A DNA stretch of 64,000 nt from Marsupella aquatica (Eukaryota > Plantae > Marchantiophyta): contig OZ316891.1 in NCBI GenBank assembly GCA_973895155.1, positions 4,683,708-4,747,707 of the forward strand. Reading direction: 5' to 3'. Positions within the stretch are counted from its first letter, which is position 1, and each line of letters begins with the position of its first letter. Below, one piece after another: positions 1 to 13,263 of the stretch. A program made the position numbers and the translations under genes. The notes below the pieces were generated by a model that was not told where the DNA came from, did no database searches, and was given only the letters and a program-made list of their open reading frames with translations.

Positions 1-218
1 ATTTTTCAGTCCTACTGAAGTTGAAGATATTTTAACGACTCGGAAGATTAAAGCTGAAGGGACTTACTGACTATATAGTACTAAACGTCGTATTCCGATG
101 GCTTCGACTATGGAAACATTGATGTGAAGAAAGAGAAACTGCTTTAATGCTGTGAGTGTTTGTCTTCTTATCCGTCAGGATGGCCGTGTTCTAACTTGTG
201 TCATGGTGGATATCTCAG

Positions 219-2098
219 GTTGATGATCTCGAAGAAGTGAGCGATTATTATCAGAACAGAGGTCACTTTGATGAACTCATCACACTCATGGAGACTGGTT
301 TGGGTCTGGAGCGCGCACACATGGGGATTTTCACAGAGCTCGGAACCCTGTATGCGAGATACCGGTCGGAGAAGCTTATGGAACACATCAAATTGTTCTC
401 CACTCGCATCAATATTCCCAAGCTTATTCGCGTATGTGATGAACAGCAGCACTGGAAGGAGCTCACTTACCTATACATTCAGTACGATGAGTATGACAAT
501 GCTGCAGCCACTATCATGAATCACTCTCCGGAGGCTTGGGATCATATGCAGTTCAAGGATGTGTCTGTGAAAGTTGCAAATGTGGAGCTGTACTACAAGG
601 CTGCTCACTTCTATTTGCAAGAGCATCCAGAGCTCCTCAATGATCTCCTCAATGTGATGGCTCCAAGGGTTGACCATACACGAGTGGTTGACATCATGCG
701 AAAGGTGAGTACTTCTATGGGGTTTTGACCTTTGACCTCCCGAACGTTACTTCTGTTCCAAAGCATAGTTTGCCCTACAGTTATTTATGACTATCGATGG
801 GTTACTTCTTACATGGTCTGTTATTATTTGCGTCACTGATATTTCTGAGAAAGGGCAGTTTGTACAAGTCGGGAATGTTGAGCACCTTGTATACATGTAT
901 TGATGTGATCTCTTGGATTTGCTTGCATCAGGCTGGTCATCTTCCACTTGTCAAACCTTACATGGTTGGAGTCCAGAGTAATAATGTCACAGCTGTTAAC
1001 GAAGCTCTCAATGAGCTCTATGTGGAGGAGGAGGACTATGAACGATTGCACGACTCAATTGATATGTATGACAGCTTTGATCAAATCGGGTTGGCACAGC
1101 GGGTGAGTTTCAAGACTTGATAGCAAAAGAATTTTCTTATATTACCTGTCTGGTATATCCTTCTCACTGATATACATACTGCCTTCTACAGATCGAGAAA
1201 CACGAGCTTTTGGAAATGCGCCGTATTGCAGCCTACATCTACAAGAAAGCTGGGAGGTGGAAACAATCTGTTGCTCTCTCTAAGAAGGACAATCTTTACA
1301 AGGATGCAATGGAAACTACTTCACAGTCTGGTGATAGAGACCTTGCCGAAGAGCTTCTTAACTACTTTGTCGACCAGGTACGCCAGACGCGTACATTCTG
1401 GAGTTGATGTTGTGTCTTGGGTCACTGCTGTCAGCTGACAGATGGTTGATTTTTCCTTGCAGATTGAAAGAAAGGTAAAGGGAATGCGATTGATGAATGT
1501 GTGACTTGGGTGTGTATCCTGTGCAGGGAAAGAAGGAGTGCTTCGCGTCTTGCCTGTATACATGTTACGATCTCATCCGTCCGGATGTTGCGTTGGAGCT
1601 AGCATGGTTCAACGGCATCTTAGACTTTGCCGTCCCCTACGTTATGCAGGTAAATTGTGATCTCGCAGTTTGTACCAAAGCATTAAAATCGTAACTTTTC
1701 TTTTGAAGGACTAACCGTGTGTGTTGATCCTTGTAGTTCCTGCGTGAGTACACTGGCAAAGTGGATGAGCTGGTTAAGGACAGGGAGTTAGCTCAACAAG
1801 AAGTCAAAGAGAAGGAGAAGGACGAGAAGGATGTCATCGCTCAAACGGTACGATGTCTAAGCGGAATGGGGACATTCATGATCATGATCTTTATTTAAAA
1901 TTTCAATCTAATTGAAGATACCCTTTCTGACCAACGAGCCTTCTGTTATTGCAGAATATGTATGCCCAATTGTTGCCGTTGGCCTTACCTGCTCCTCCAA
2001 TGCCTGGTATGAGCGGAGGTTATGATCCTGGTTATGGGGGTATGCCACAAATGCCAGCTTATGGCATGCCTGGTATGCCTGGCATGGGTGCGTACTGA
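219..2098 (+). CDS. CHC: Clathrin heavy chain, 3' part (exons ~219-704, 932-1102, 1192-1377, 1527-1649, 1737-1847, 1955-2098; 5' part lies upstream of the window)
   Basis: Translation gives hallmark CHC sequence ([98 protein letters not shown]); GT-AG introns keep the frame; stop TGA 2096-2098. Confidence 0.97.
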
Positions 2099-3703
2099 GC
2101 TTCACTACTGTGGTGGCAGGACATCTGCTTACCACAAGATTGTTTGCTACATGTGGGTGTGTTTACAATGCTCTGATATATGATCTGCACCGTTGCAATG
2201 TGGGATTTGTTCTTCTTACTTCACTCACTGTTGGGTGAGTCTTCTCTGAGTGGGGAGAAACAGCAGTGATATTCATTGTAGAGATGATGTGCTTTTCATT
2301 TGAGCATTATCGTCCTCTACACAAGCCTTTTTGAAAGTTAGTCTGTAGTCGATATTATCTTGACAGTTGAAGGTAGGGTAATGAGATAGCCAGCCATCAC
2401 ATGTTCATGCCTGTTTGAATATTCAGTTCTGTAATTGTAGATACCAAATGTAGGCACTCGAGGGTGCTTTTGGTTTCGAGCTCCAAAAAACTGTCAGTTA
2501 GACCCTCAGTGTATCTTTACATTTCTCCAAAAGGAGGGCACCTGGCATTTGGATTTCACGCAATCTGGAGTTTCTTGCTTTATTGAAGAATTATGTAGGT
2601 TCCTGCTTGAAAGATGCAAACGTCGGACCACTCTGCGGACCCTCAGCTGCCCTTCCAGCTATTTGCAGCTTGAGGACTACTGCAGGACCTATCTTGTAGT
2701 TTACCTAGGATAGCCAGCTTAGCTTTGCAAAGGAGACTTCAAGTACTAGACATTGGGGCTCTCTGCTCAGCGCAGCGCAAAGTGTGCCAGACTTGGGTGA
2801 AAATTCTGGGTCTAAGAAATCATCGACTCTGTGCTGGACACGTGGAGGGATGTCAATTCTTGTGTACTTATCAGTGAAGGCTGAGCATTCCAGTGGCTGG
2901 CTGCTCCTTTCATTATTTTAACTTAAATCACCGTTCAAAAGTTGTAGAAGTTGTCGATGAATGTTGTGGCCAGCAATGAAGATGAGTTTTTAGGTCTCTT
3001 CATTTGATCATAACAATGACAATCTATTTGGTTCACGAGAGATGTGTGACAAGTTTCCCGCCAATTCTTGTTATGCAGTAAGCGGAGAAACGATGTGCTG
3101 TTTGTCGACCTTGCAGTGAATAGTTTTTAGGGTGTCTAACATTGCCTTCAGTTAATTGTGTGTGCATTCCTGGTTTGAATAGGAATAGTATGCCTTCTTA
3201 GGAAGGTGCACGCTCACAGTTGGTGCGATCATGGACCATTCTATAAAGCTCTTGAGTTCTATGAATACTATCATTACCGTTCTATGAAGCTAATGAGTTC
3301 TATGAATACTAACTTCGCCAAAATCCTTGGGAACGTCGTATTGAAAGGGTGGGGTCTAAGCAAGGAAAACATGGTCGAAGGTAATTGTCCCAAGATAAAG
3401 TGCACAAGTGGACGAAACTGTCTGATAATGGTTCCAAATGGGGTATTTCAAAGTAAAGTCGAGGCGAATCATCGAACTATCCAAGGCAGCTCCTGGGCTG
3501 TGCACATTCCTCACCTTCTGCTTCTTGGCATTGTTGCCAATTGATCTTAGTTGTCAAGTAGTACCTTCAACTGCTTGGTTTGGTCTTGATTGTCAAGTAG
3601 ACCAGGCCTGGTCTACTCATTTCCATTTTGGTTAAGTACCTGCGGAATTGGAGGAGAATTATCCATCTCAGTTGTGTTCTCATTTCCATGTTGGTCAAGT
3701 ACC

Positions 3704-4189
3704 ACCCTGAGTTAAATCTACATCAAGTTAATGCTTCCTCACTTTCCCGGGGTGTCGTACACTGCCCGTCCCAATCCCCAATGCTGCTGCCCGCTCCGGT
3801 CCAAGTTTGGCAGAACATAAACCTACTATTGGAGTTGTGGTTTATGTCTTGGCAAACCTATAAAGTCGATCGGGCTGGAGCGTATGCGTACTTATTCTCT
3901 ATGGAGTTGTGGTTTATGTCTTGGCAACACTTGTTTCCAAAAAGTTGATGACACAAAGTCAACCGGGCTGGAGCGGCCGACAAAAAGTGATGGGTGCCAA
4001 AACATAAACCCGAAGTCGATGGTGCAAAGTTGATCGGACCGGAACGCATGTGTTAAATCGTAGAGTATTGGAATATGTTCTGCCAAACTTGGGCCGGAGC
4101 AGGCAGCAGCATTGGGGATTGGGACGGGCAGTGTACGGCGCCCCGGGAAAGTGGGGGAGCATTAACTTGATGTAGATTTAACTCAGGGT
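3704..4189. mobile_element. Mutator-like MITE (486 bp)
   Basis: ~115-bp imperfect TIRs (ACCCTGAGTTAAATCTACATCAAG... / ...CTTGATGTAGATTTAACTCAGGGT) flanked by a 9-bp TSD TCAAGTACC (3695-3703, 4190-4198). Confidence 0.9.
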
Positions 4190-4283
4190 TCAAGTACCTG
4201 CCTTCTCCAATGTCTTGTCATGTTCCCCTTCCCCTTTGACTTTTCCCCTTTCCCCTTGGCGACCAAGTTGGAAACTGGCAAAA

Positions 4284-4481
4284 CTTGAGCACCCCTTCAG
4301 AAAATACTAGCAGTCAACAAATGGATGGGAATTGTTTCCTGGGTGGTAGCTTGAGCACCCCTTCAGAAAATACTAGCAGTCAACAAATGGATGGGAATTG
4401 TTTCCTGGGTGGTAGCTTGAGCACCCCTTCAGAAAATACTAGCAGTCAACAAATGGATGGGAATTGTTTCCTGGGTGGTAG
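4284..4481. repeat. Perfect tandem repeat, 3 x 66 bp
   Basis: Unit CTTGAGCACCCCTTCAGAAAATACTAGCAGTCAACAAATGGATGGGAATTGTTTCCTGGGTGGTAG starts at 4284, 4350 and 4416. Confidence 0.95.
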
Positions 4482-4858
4482 CATACAACACAGGGTGGGT
4501 TAACTTGCTGCACACTTTTGGGATACACTATGTGAGCCTGTAATTCATGATACGATTCATATTTGAAATTCTAATGACCTAATTAAGTGAAGGCCCATAG
4601 TTTATAAAGAAAAAATCTATAAACCATAATTATAAAGAAAAAAAGAATTCCATATTTATTTAAGCTTAACCTCAAAAAGTATACAAAAAGGTGACAGCCA
4701 CCAAGATTTTATGCTAGATCCAAAATTGATTATTCTTTGTTAGAAGTCACATTTCCAGAGTCAATTATTTTGGCAATATTTCTTGTTATGACAAGATAAA
4801 TTAAATTAAATTTTTGCATGATCCATGATTGCATGTTCATGTTCGTACAACCTGTAGA

Positions 4859-5521
4859 CCAGGTCCCGGTTTGGACTTGTCGGACAAATAGGAGGATTTG
4901 GGATGACAAGTGACATATGTCGTCCCGGTTGATCCCAGTCGATCCCGGCCGGGTGACAGGGTCAGGCCGGGAGAAGGGTCGGGGGGTTGGCTAGGTTGGG
5001 CCGGGAAGGGAAGGGCCGGGCCGGGCCGGTCCGGGAAGGGAAAGGGTGGCAGGCCGGGCCGAGCCGGGCCGGGAGGGTTGGGGGGTTGGCTGGGTTGGGC
5101 CAGGGGGGTTGGGGGGGGGGGGGGGGTGGACCGGGCCGGTCCAGGAAGGGAAAGGCTGGCGGGCCGGGCCAGGCCGGGAATAGGCAATATTGGACAAATA
5201 GGTTGGGCCAGGAGGATGTGAAGCCGGGCCGGGAGGCTCGGGTGGTTGGCCGGGTTGGGCCAGGGGGGTTGGGGGGGTGGGCCGGGCCGGGAAAGAGCCG
5301 GGCCGGGAAGGGAAGGGAAGGGCCTGGCCGGGAAGGGGAGGCCGGGCCGGGAGGATCGGGAGAGTCTGGGACCGGGCCAAGGATGGGTCAGGAATTTTTG
5401 GTCCCGGCCGGGGGAATATAAGGGAATATTGGACTAATAAGTCATTTTTGGACGGACAAGTTGTCATTTGTCGTGTTGGACAAGGACACATCTTGTCCGA
5501 CAGTGAAAACCTGGGACCAGG
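4859..5521. mobile_element. Putative non-autonomous TIR element with a G-rich GGCCGGG interior
   Basis: Imperfect ~30-bp TIRs (CCAGGTCCCGGTTTGGACTTGTCGGACAA / TTGTCCGACAGTGAAAACCTGGGACCAGG); TSD ambiguous (GTAGACCA vs GTGGACCA); interior strongly G-skewed and internally duplicated. Confidence 0.55.
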
Positions 5522-5704
5522 TGGACCAGACGATTATTGCCTTTGGTCCTTGCCCTGACCAGGCTGCCCATACTTTTGGCTCCAACCTTCAACTGGTTTT
5601 GACTTTGTTGCTATAGCTTGCAATTCTCATAGATCACTGGAATTAGGTTGTCCTGTAAGAACCACTCATTAAACACTATAATACAATATTCCGCCTTTTT
5701 ATGA

Positions 5705-5906
5705 AGTGGTCGTCATTCAAATTTGCACTGCAAAAAAAAGTAATAATAAACAGAAATCATAAACCAAAAGTGAATTAAATATAATGAGTACCTAAAGCAC
5801 TGGAGTGGTAGTCATTCAAATTTACACTGCCAAAAAAAAGAAGGAATAATAAACAGAAATCATAAACCAAAAGTGAATTAAATATAATGAGTACTTGAAG
5901 CACTGG
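5705..5906. repeat. ~100-bp tandem duplication, AT-rich
   Basis: AGTGGT..TCATTCAAATTT.CACTGC...AATAATAAACAGAAATCATAAACCAAAAGTGAATTAAATATAATGAGTAC present twice. Confidence 0.85.
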
Positions 5907-6439
5907 AAACCTTTTACACAAAAAGTAATCAAATGGTGGCAACAAAAGACAAAAAATGAAACTAACACTTTTGCAAGTATGACTATCAAGGAGGTAACTC
6001 ACTTTATCATCATGAAGCTTTGGTACAAGGAGAGTAGAAATCATTATAATATCATTTTCTCTATAAATCTTATATTTACAAATTCAATAAAAAATGGAAA
6101 CCAATCCTAGCCTTTCATTAAAAATTAAATTTTCTGGAACCATCTGATCCATCTCTACCCCTTTAAATCTCAATTATCCTGCCCAAGCTACCTGTAGCCT
6201 ACCCTAATCTGACCAACATAAACAATTAATTTAATATTATTAAAACTAATTATTAGCTTAAAAAAAACTTGAGTATAAATACCATATATAAAACATCTAT
6301 TTTTCTAAAAGTTTAAAATAAAAAAATATTTTTTCTATCACTCAGTTGTGCTTCGACTCTATACTGAGGTGACCGTTATCTTGTGTCTCCAATTTCTATG
6401 TGCAATACACGGGTTATTGAACACCATCACAATAACTTT

Positions 6440-7850
6440 ACCCTGCCTTGACATATTTTCTCATCTCGGCATTTTTTTCACATTAACATCTTCATCTTAA
6501 CATGACATATTTTTTTCACCCTCGACGTATTTTCTCTCCTTGACATCTCGGGGGGTTGACTATCAAAAATCTTAGGAACCACGTGCGATCTAAAATAAGT
6601 ATTTTTGATAGAAATTAACTAAGTTTTTAAAAAGCATAGGAGGCAAAAGAAGGTATTATAAACTCGTGTTTATAGAATATTCTCTAATATATACCTTGTA
6701 TAAAGAAAAATAGGTTATTAATATTAAAAATGGAGAATATTCTTAGGATATTTTCTTTATAAAATAGGTCTATTTATATTAGGCTAGGATCGCACGTGGT
6801 ACCCCAAAATATACACTTAGTTAACCCCCCGAGCTTGACATCTGTTTCTCATCTTTATATAATTTTCTCACCTCACCATGTTTTCTCTCATTGACATCTT
6901 TTTTCACCTTGACTTATTTTCCTTCCCTCAACATCTCATTGACATCTTTCTTCACCTTGACATATGATCCCTTTCTCACCTCGGTCTACATTTTTATCTC
7001 ACCACAACAATTTTTCCTCATCTTCACATGTTTTTCTCACCTCGCCATTGTTTCTCCCCATGATATATACTTTCTCAACTTGACATCTCTTTTTCTCATC
7101 GACATCTTTGTTCACCTCAACATCTTTTTCTCATTGCAACTTCCTTTCTCACCTTGATATCTTTTTTCACCTCAACATCTTTATCTCACCACGCCATCTT
7201 TATGCAATTTTTGTCTTAACAGCATCTTTTCAACTTAATGACATCTCTGGCAAACATGACGACGTCTCTTTACTTAAGGACATCTTGGGTGTCCGGCTTG
7301 GGTGCCATGACATTTTTTCTTAACAATATCTTGGGTGACACGATTTTTTTTTCTTAATGACACCTTGGGCAACAAGACATCTTTTGTTCCACGACACCTT
7401 TTTTCTTAGCAACATCTTGGGTGACATGATATCTCTTTTCTTAAGGAGATCTTGAGGGCCACGGCATCTTGGGGGCCGCAACATCTTGGTTGACAATCAT
7501 GATCTTTTTGCTTCATGACACTTTGGGCAACACAACATCTTTTTCCTTAATGACATCTTGGGTGACACAACATCTTTTTTTTTTGAATGACATCTTAGGT
7601 GACATGACATGTTTTTCTCAACCAAATCTTAAGTAGGTGACACAACATATTTTTTCTTAACGACATATTGGATGACACGACATGTTTTTTCTCAATGATG
7701 TCTTGGCCGACACGATATCTTTTCTCTCAATGACGTCTTGGCTGACATTATATCTTTTCCTCAATGACCTCTGACTTGGCCAACACAACATCTTTTTTCT
7801 CAATGACCTCTTGATTGACACGACATTTGTTTTCTCAACCTAATCTTGTC
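6440..7850. repeat. Degenerate minisatellite (TTGACATCTTTTTTCTC / GACATCTTGGGTGACAC units)
   Basis: Dozens of diverged ~20-40-bp units; interrupted by the MITE at 6547-6833. Confidence 0.75.
6547..6833. mobile_element. MITE with 8-bp TSD (CTCGGGGG termini)
   Basis: TIR CTCGGGGGGTTGACTA / TAGTTAACCCCCCGAG; TSD CTTGACAT (6539-6546, 6834-6841); subterminal ACGTGCG/CGCACGT. Confidence 0.9.
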
Positions 7851-8010
7851 CGACTTGGCATCGTGATCGATGCAACATCTTTTGTGCAACTCATGGATAT
7901 TGAGCTAGTTAGATTATTAAAACATGATGTAAACAAATAAATACTATTTTAGATCTTATCCGGTTTATTACTTATAGCCAAAAATGTATATTCCAGACAT
8001 TTGTAAATCA

Positions 8011-9524
8011 CTCGGGGGCCTCAATCCAAGGGGTGTCCCATATCACGCTCGAAGTTTGGGGGGAATAAACACAGGAAAATACTTGATGGGGCCCCTCTAA
8101 TGAAAGATATTCCTGACTAGCCCCCAACTTTTCAAATATACTTAATGGGGCCCCTTGTCCCTGCAACCCTTTCTCTCCACCTGTCATACTTAGTTTTTCC
8201 ATTTTTTAATTGTAATGTACTATACTTTATAAGTCAGTCCACAAGATGTACTATCTAGAAGCAATTCAATGTACTTTTTTTTGGAAATACTTATAGAATT
8301 TATGTACTAAGTATTTAGCACTTCTTACTCACATATTCGCTGCCCATATTCACTTGTTTCATGTTTTGAAATATTTCTACAAGGGAAGTAGTCCTTAAGG
8401 CATGTAAGTTTTGCTCTTGTTGGTTCTTTCTCTCAATTGTTTGGAATTATTCATAACTGAAAGCATTTCTCCAAAGCATAGTTTCACCTGAACTTTAGGA
8501 AGGTGAACCAATGGATTTGGGTGCTATCTGGGTGGTGACATCTTTTATAAATTGTTTTTTGCACATGACTCATGTGGTACTTAGACAATTCTTTGATACT
8601 ATTTTTCCAAAACATGTTTGGAAATATCCACCTTAGACGGGAGCATTTCCTTGGTGTCATTTTTGTGACATCTTAAAAAATCACAAAAATGACACCAAGG
8701 GAATGCTCCCGTCTAAGGTGGATATTTCCAAACATGTTTTGGAAAAATAGTATCAAAGAATGTCTAAGTACCACATGAGTCATTTGCAAAAAACAATTTA
8801 TAAAAGATGTCACCACCCAGATAGCACCCAAATCCATTGGTTCACCTTCCTAAAGTTCAGGTGAAACTATGCTTTGGAGAAATGCTTTCAGTTATGAATA
8901 ATTCCAAACAATTGAGAGAAAGAACCAAAAAGAGCAAAACTTACGTGCCTTAAGGACTACTTCCCTTGTAGAAATATTTCAAAACATGAAACAAGTGAAT
9001 ATGGGCAGCGAATATGTGAGTAAGAAGTGCTAAATACTTAGTACATAAATTCTATAAATATTTCCAAACAAAAGTACATTGAATTGCTTCTAGATAATAC
9101 ATCTTGTGGACTGACTTATAAAGTATAGTACATTACAATTAAAAAATGGAAAAACTAAGTATGACAGGTGGAGAGAAAGGGTTGCAAGGACAAGGGGCCT
9201 CATTAAGTATATTTGAAAAGTTGGGGGCTAGTGGAATATCTTTCATTAGAGGGCCCATCAAGTATTTTCCTGGAATAAACACCATAAAAGTTAAGTCAAT
9301 AAAATTTTTTCAAAGAATTTTTTTACCCCTAATTTAATAGAATATTCCAAAAATATTCCTATATTTAATAATAAAAAACATTATGATATTTATAATTTTC
9401 AAAATTGGATTAAAATAATCTCAATGTTCTTCAATAAAAATTTAAAAGTATTTCATTAAAATGAATAGAAAACACTATATTTATTCGCACGTGATGGGTC
9501 CCAATAAAAGAAATGAAAACCCGG
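8011..9524. mobile_element. MITE (CTCGGGGGCC family) interrupted by a foldback element
   Basis: TSD GTAAATCA (8003-8010, 9525-9532); after removing 8072-9272 it aligns by eye with the uninterrupted copy at 15220-15523. Confidence 0.85.
8072..9272. mobile_element. Foldback (Mutator-like) element: ~600-bp inverted arms around a 12-nt loop
   Basis: Arms begin CAGGAAAATACTTGATGG and end CCATCAAGTATTTTCCTG; centre 8669-8680; 9-bp TSD GAATAAACA (8063-8071, 9273-9281). Confidence 0.93.
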
Positions 9525-10861
9525 GTAAATCAAATTTTACTGAAATGTTTTTTTATATTAAAAAAATCATTTAAAGTTTTATCAAAATGCTTGAAACAAA
9601 TTATTTAATAAAAATAATGTTTAAGCTTATTAATTTTAATTTATTTGTGCATGTGCTTTAGTGTTTTATTACACTGAGTGATTCGATGGAGGTGTTAAAC
9701 TCTTTCCAGATAACCAGCTCGCGTGGCCAAGCGATAACCCTTCATTTGGCCGCCCCAATGCACCAAACTCGCGCAAAATTATATACGCACGTTCAGAGCC
9801 CGGTTCAGAGGAGGAGGAGGCTTCTGCATTAGGCGCTCCACTGATGATGAATTATACAACCCGTTGACTTCAAAGTATCGCAACTGCGTGGGCCCGGACA
9901 GTAGGGGAAAGTCGTGGATTGAAGCTTCGGTATTTCGGGATTGAATTGTGTCGCAACTGCTCCCTCCATCATGTTTTCTTATATAATGTCAGCGTATCTC
10001 GGGACAAAGTAGGTTGTTCAGGTGGAAACTGAAGGTTATTACTTTGGGATTGGAACTCGCGAAGTCATGGTCGGGATTTTCTCAGCAACAGCAGGGATGA
10101 TATAATGCATAGTATGCCGAAGATAGGGATCCTGCTCAAGCGGGATCTCGCAGGATGTAGTTCTTCTACGGGGAGTATACCAGCTCAGACAACAAAAGCT
10201 TGGGTTTCGTTTCACATTCATTTCTGGAAATGAAAGGGAAAACGAACGAACAGGTCGGATTGTTGTGTTGCAATTTCTACTGTAGTACTGGCTTAGATAC
10301 AAGAAGCGCTTACAACAACTTTTATTCAAGCGAACATTGCTTATAGCCATGTGAATTCTCGACCACATGTTTTGTTGTCCATGGTTTTAGATATCGAGGT
10401 TATCGAATATTGGATACCGACCAAATATTAGCCAGGTCAGAGTCGAACGTTGGTTACCGACATTCCAAGTTCTCGAAATTCCAAAGTCTTAGTCGGGTTT
10501 GGCTCAGCAAGGATGATGGAATGCATCATCTACTCGGGAAAAGGTAAGAGTGGAAATCACTGGACAGAAACAAGCGGATCGCAACGGACCTACTGAGCTC
10601 AGACTACACAACCTTGGGTACGTAACGATCATATCCTTTCCCATTCGTTTCTGGAAGCGGTGTGAAACCACAGCTTTTCTAGACCATAGCAACGAGAGTA
10701 TATTTAGAGCCCAGTCTTTCGATCTTGTCGGTTCGATCTGGAAAGAAGGAGACCCCAATATATTAAAATCCAAATTGGACAATATATGTACAATCAATTG
10801 GAAGAGGAATACATCTCAATCAAGGCTTCGGCTGAGAAGCTAAGGCAGTTCAAGACTCTGG

Positions 10862-11793
10862 ATGGCTATAGCTGCACCGGTGGTAAGCCCAATCCTTCTG
10901 CGTACCACATGAGACCCAGTTGGTGGTAAAACCAAATCACGGTTCGGCGCGATTCGGCAATATTCAACCAAAGACGAAAATGGAGTAACTCCTGTTTACC
11001 ATGAAATCTGAGACCCGGTTTTTTCCTCAAACCAGGATAAGGATTTACGATGCTACATCGGGGAAAGTGCTGCTAATAATCAAGGAGGGAGAACAATGGT
11101 TTGGGCGCCCTCCAGGCCATGGACAGCTTTCCATGCATGGGGACAGCGAGAGCGAGAGCCAGCTGCTGTTTACCATGAGGGAGAAGGGTTCATTCAGTAA
11201 GTCTTACAAGGTGTTCCTTCACAAAAACAATGATTCTTCAAATCCGCACTTCTATGCAAAGACAAAATCGTGGTCGAGCATTACCTTTATCATTCTCTCC
11301 AACGGCAGACCCGTCGCTGACGTGAACAGCGGAGAATCTCCTACTAATTCATGCCAATCTGTGAATTTGAGAAATAGAGTACCACATACACTCAATTCTC
11401 GTTTAAATTAAACTTGATGTATATTCCCGCGTATACTGCTCGTAGATTGCCCTTCTCTTCTGAATTTGGTTCTACAAACTTGGTTCAGGATTTGGTGTCC
11501 GGGATCAGATCAGAAATGGTGATTGATCGATCGTCAAAACTTCCAAATTGGGATACAAAAGCGGTGATCAACTTGATTTTAACCGTGAAAGTAACCCTGA
11601 GAGCACTTAAATCATTGCTTTCAACTTCTGGTGCAGGCTAAACGGACCGGGAGGGTGAGTTCAAGCTACTCTCTACTCAGAGGTTGATCGAGCGTCTATC
11701 GCTGCTCTGGCGATAGTATGGATCCCACAACGCATGGAGCAAACTTCGGGCGGTGCAGCCACAGCACGATCATCACAGGGTCGGACCAAATAG
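10862..11793 (+). pseudogene. LURP-one-related (LOR/Tubby-C2) gene, frameshifted
   Basis: Fragments MAIAAPVVSP / FCVPHETQLVVK, RIRIYDATSGKVLLII, LLFTMREKGSFSKSYKVFL...PHFYAK...GRPVADV and a last exon VDRASIAALAIV resemble LURP1-family proteins; frameshifts near the N-terminus. Confidence 0.65.
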
Positions 11794-13263
11794 GCTTCAT
11801 CCTTTCGGTAGTTGTCCACTAGCTGCACGGTTCATGGAAATCAACAATAGGGAATGATCAGAAATGCTATTTCGGGCGACATGACGAGGCATACGAAACG
11901 CTTCCGGTTAATAATTGAGTTTTTCTTCGTGTCATGTTTAATGTGGTATCACTGGCAAAGAATTTTTTCGGGCTTAGAAAAAGTTGCCACCAACTCTTGA
12001 ACCCGGTCTTGAGTTTCTATACATATGGAAAGACAAGTCGCGAGGTTTTCTGGTTATGGGATGGTACGTTTTGCTGAGCTGCAGCAGGGATGATGCAATG
12101 CCAAAGATAGGATCTGTTGTGATTCATATATATAGAGACAAACGGATCTCAGTGGAACTTGTAGGTAGTTTTTGGAGTGAACAACTTCAGACAGAAAAAA
12201 GCTTTCAACTGACAACGGGGTGCCGACAATTCAGTTTAATGGCAGGTACATACGGTAGGTAAGTCATCGACCTATTTACCAAACTGCAGTTTGAACCACG
12301 CCAAAAAGTTAAAATGAAAACGTGCAGAAAACGAGTCTGTGGTAAAATCCAAACACTCTGTGGTAAAATCCAAACACTAAAAACAAATCTGCTTGTGAGT
12401 GAATAGGTTGGCGGAAAGCAGTAACTGTTTCCATTCAAAAGGGCAGAAAGTGATTTCCATAAAGTGAATAGTGAACAATGAAAGGGAGTAGGATTAATTT
12501 TTTTGGTCAGATTTGTTTTTTCTCATCTCAGCATGTACTTCAAGGAGCGAGTAATGCTAGTGACCACCAAAACTATTATGCATGTATTCATTTTAATATC
12601 AAGAACTATAATAAAGAGATCTTCATTCAAATTTGGTGTGCCGTTTAGTGTGAGAAAAATCAAAACCGGTAAACATGAAACCAATAAGAGGGGAAAAAAT
12701 GTATTGCGTTTGGAAGCGACGACTTGCAGTGGCAATCGTTGCCACAGCAGAACCCTCCCTCCGAAGGCCGCTGCACTGCGACAAAGTGATGACTCACCTT
12801 CCCTCTGAGCACGCCCCACGTTTGGCTTTTGGGTCAACTTGGCCGACTCGCCCAAGTGGCCCCTCAACTGTCCTGGACCCCACGCTGTCGGAACTCCTGC
12901 CACCGCACCTCAACCATGCCTCAATGGCGCCGCGCGCCCCTCGCCCCCTCAATGTCCCTCTTGGCCCAACTATACACTCCCGTTGCCCGACCTCAGCCTA
13001 CCATGCCCACCGATAAGCTAGGGAGGGAGCAACAAGTCCACACTGCCCACCATGAATCCCTAACAAGGAAAGGAGTGGCAAGCAAGGGAGAGCTCGCCTG
13101 ACCCCAGGCCACCACCGCGCTTGAGGGCCCCGTGCTGCCTGATCCAGCCCCGATGAGGGAGGTAGCAACAACCAAGGGAGAGATAAGGGAGTGACAAGGA
13201 GAGACAAGGGAGACTAAGGGAGCGCAGAAAAAGGAGTGACGATGGAGAGGATTCACGGCAAAG

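Noticed and set aside
4284-4481. Possible CRISPR-like array or repeat peptide gene
   Set aside because: Contiguous identical units without spacers; eukaryotic context; non-ATG start
4837-5558. Several Gly/Pro/Arg-rich ORFs on both strands
   Set aside because: By-product of the stop-poor GC-rich repeat; no domain signal
8008-9337. Two near-identical 63-64 aa ORFs on opposite strands
   Set aside because: Mirror images from the foldback arms
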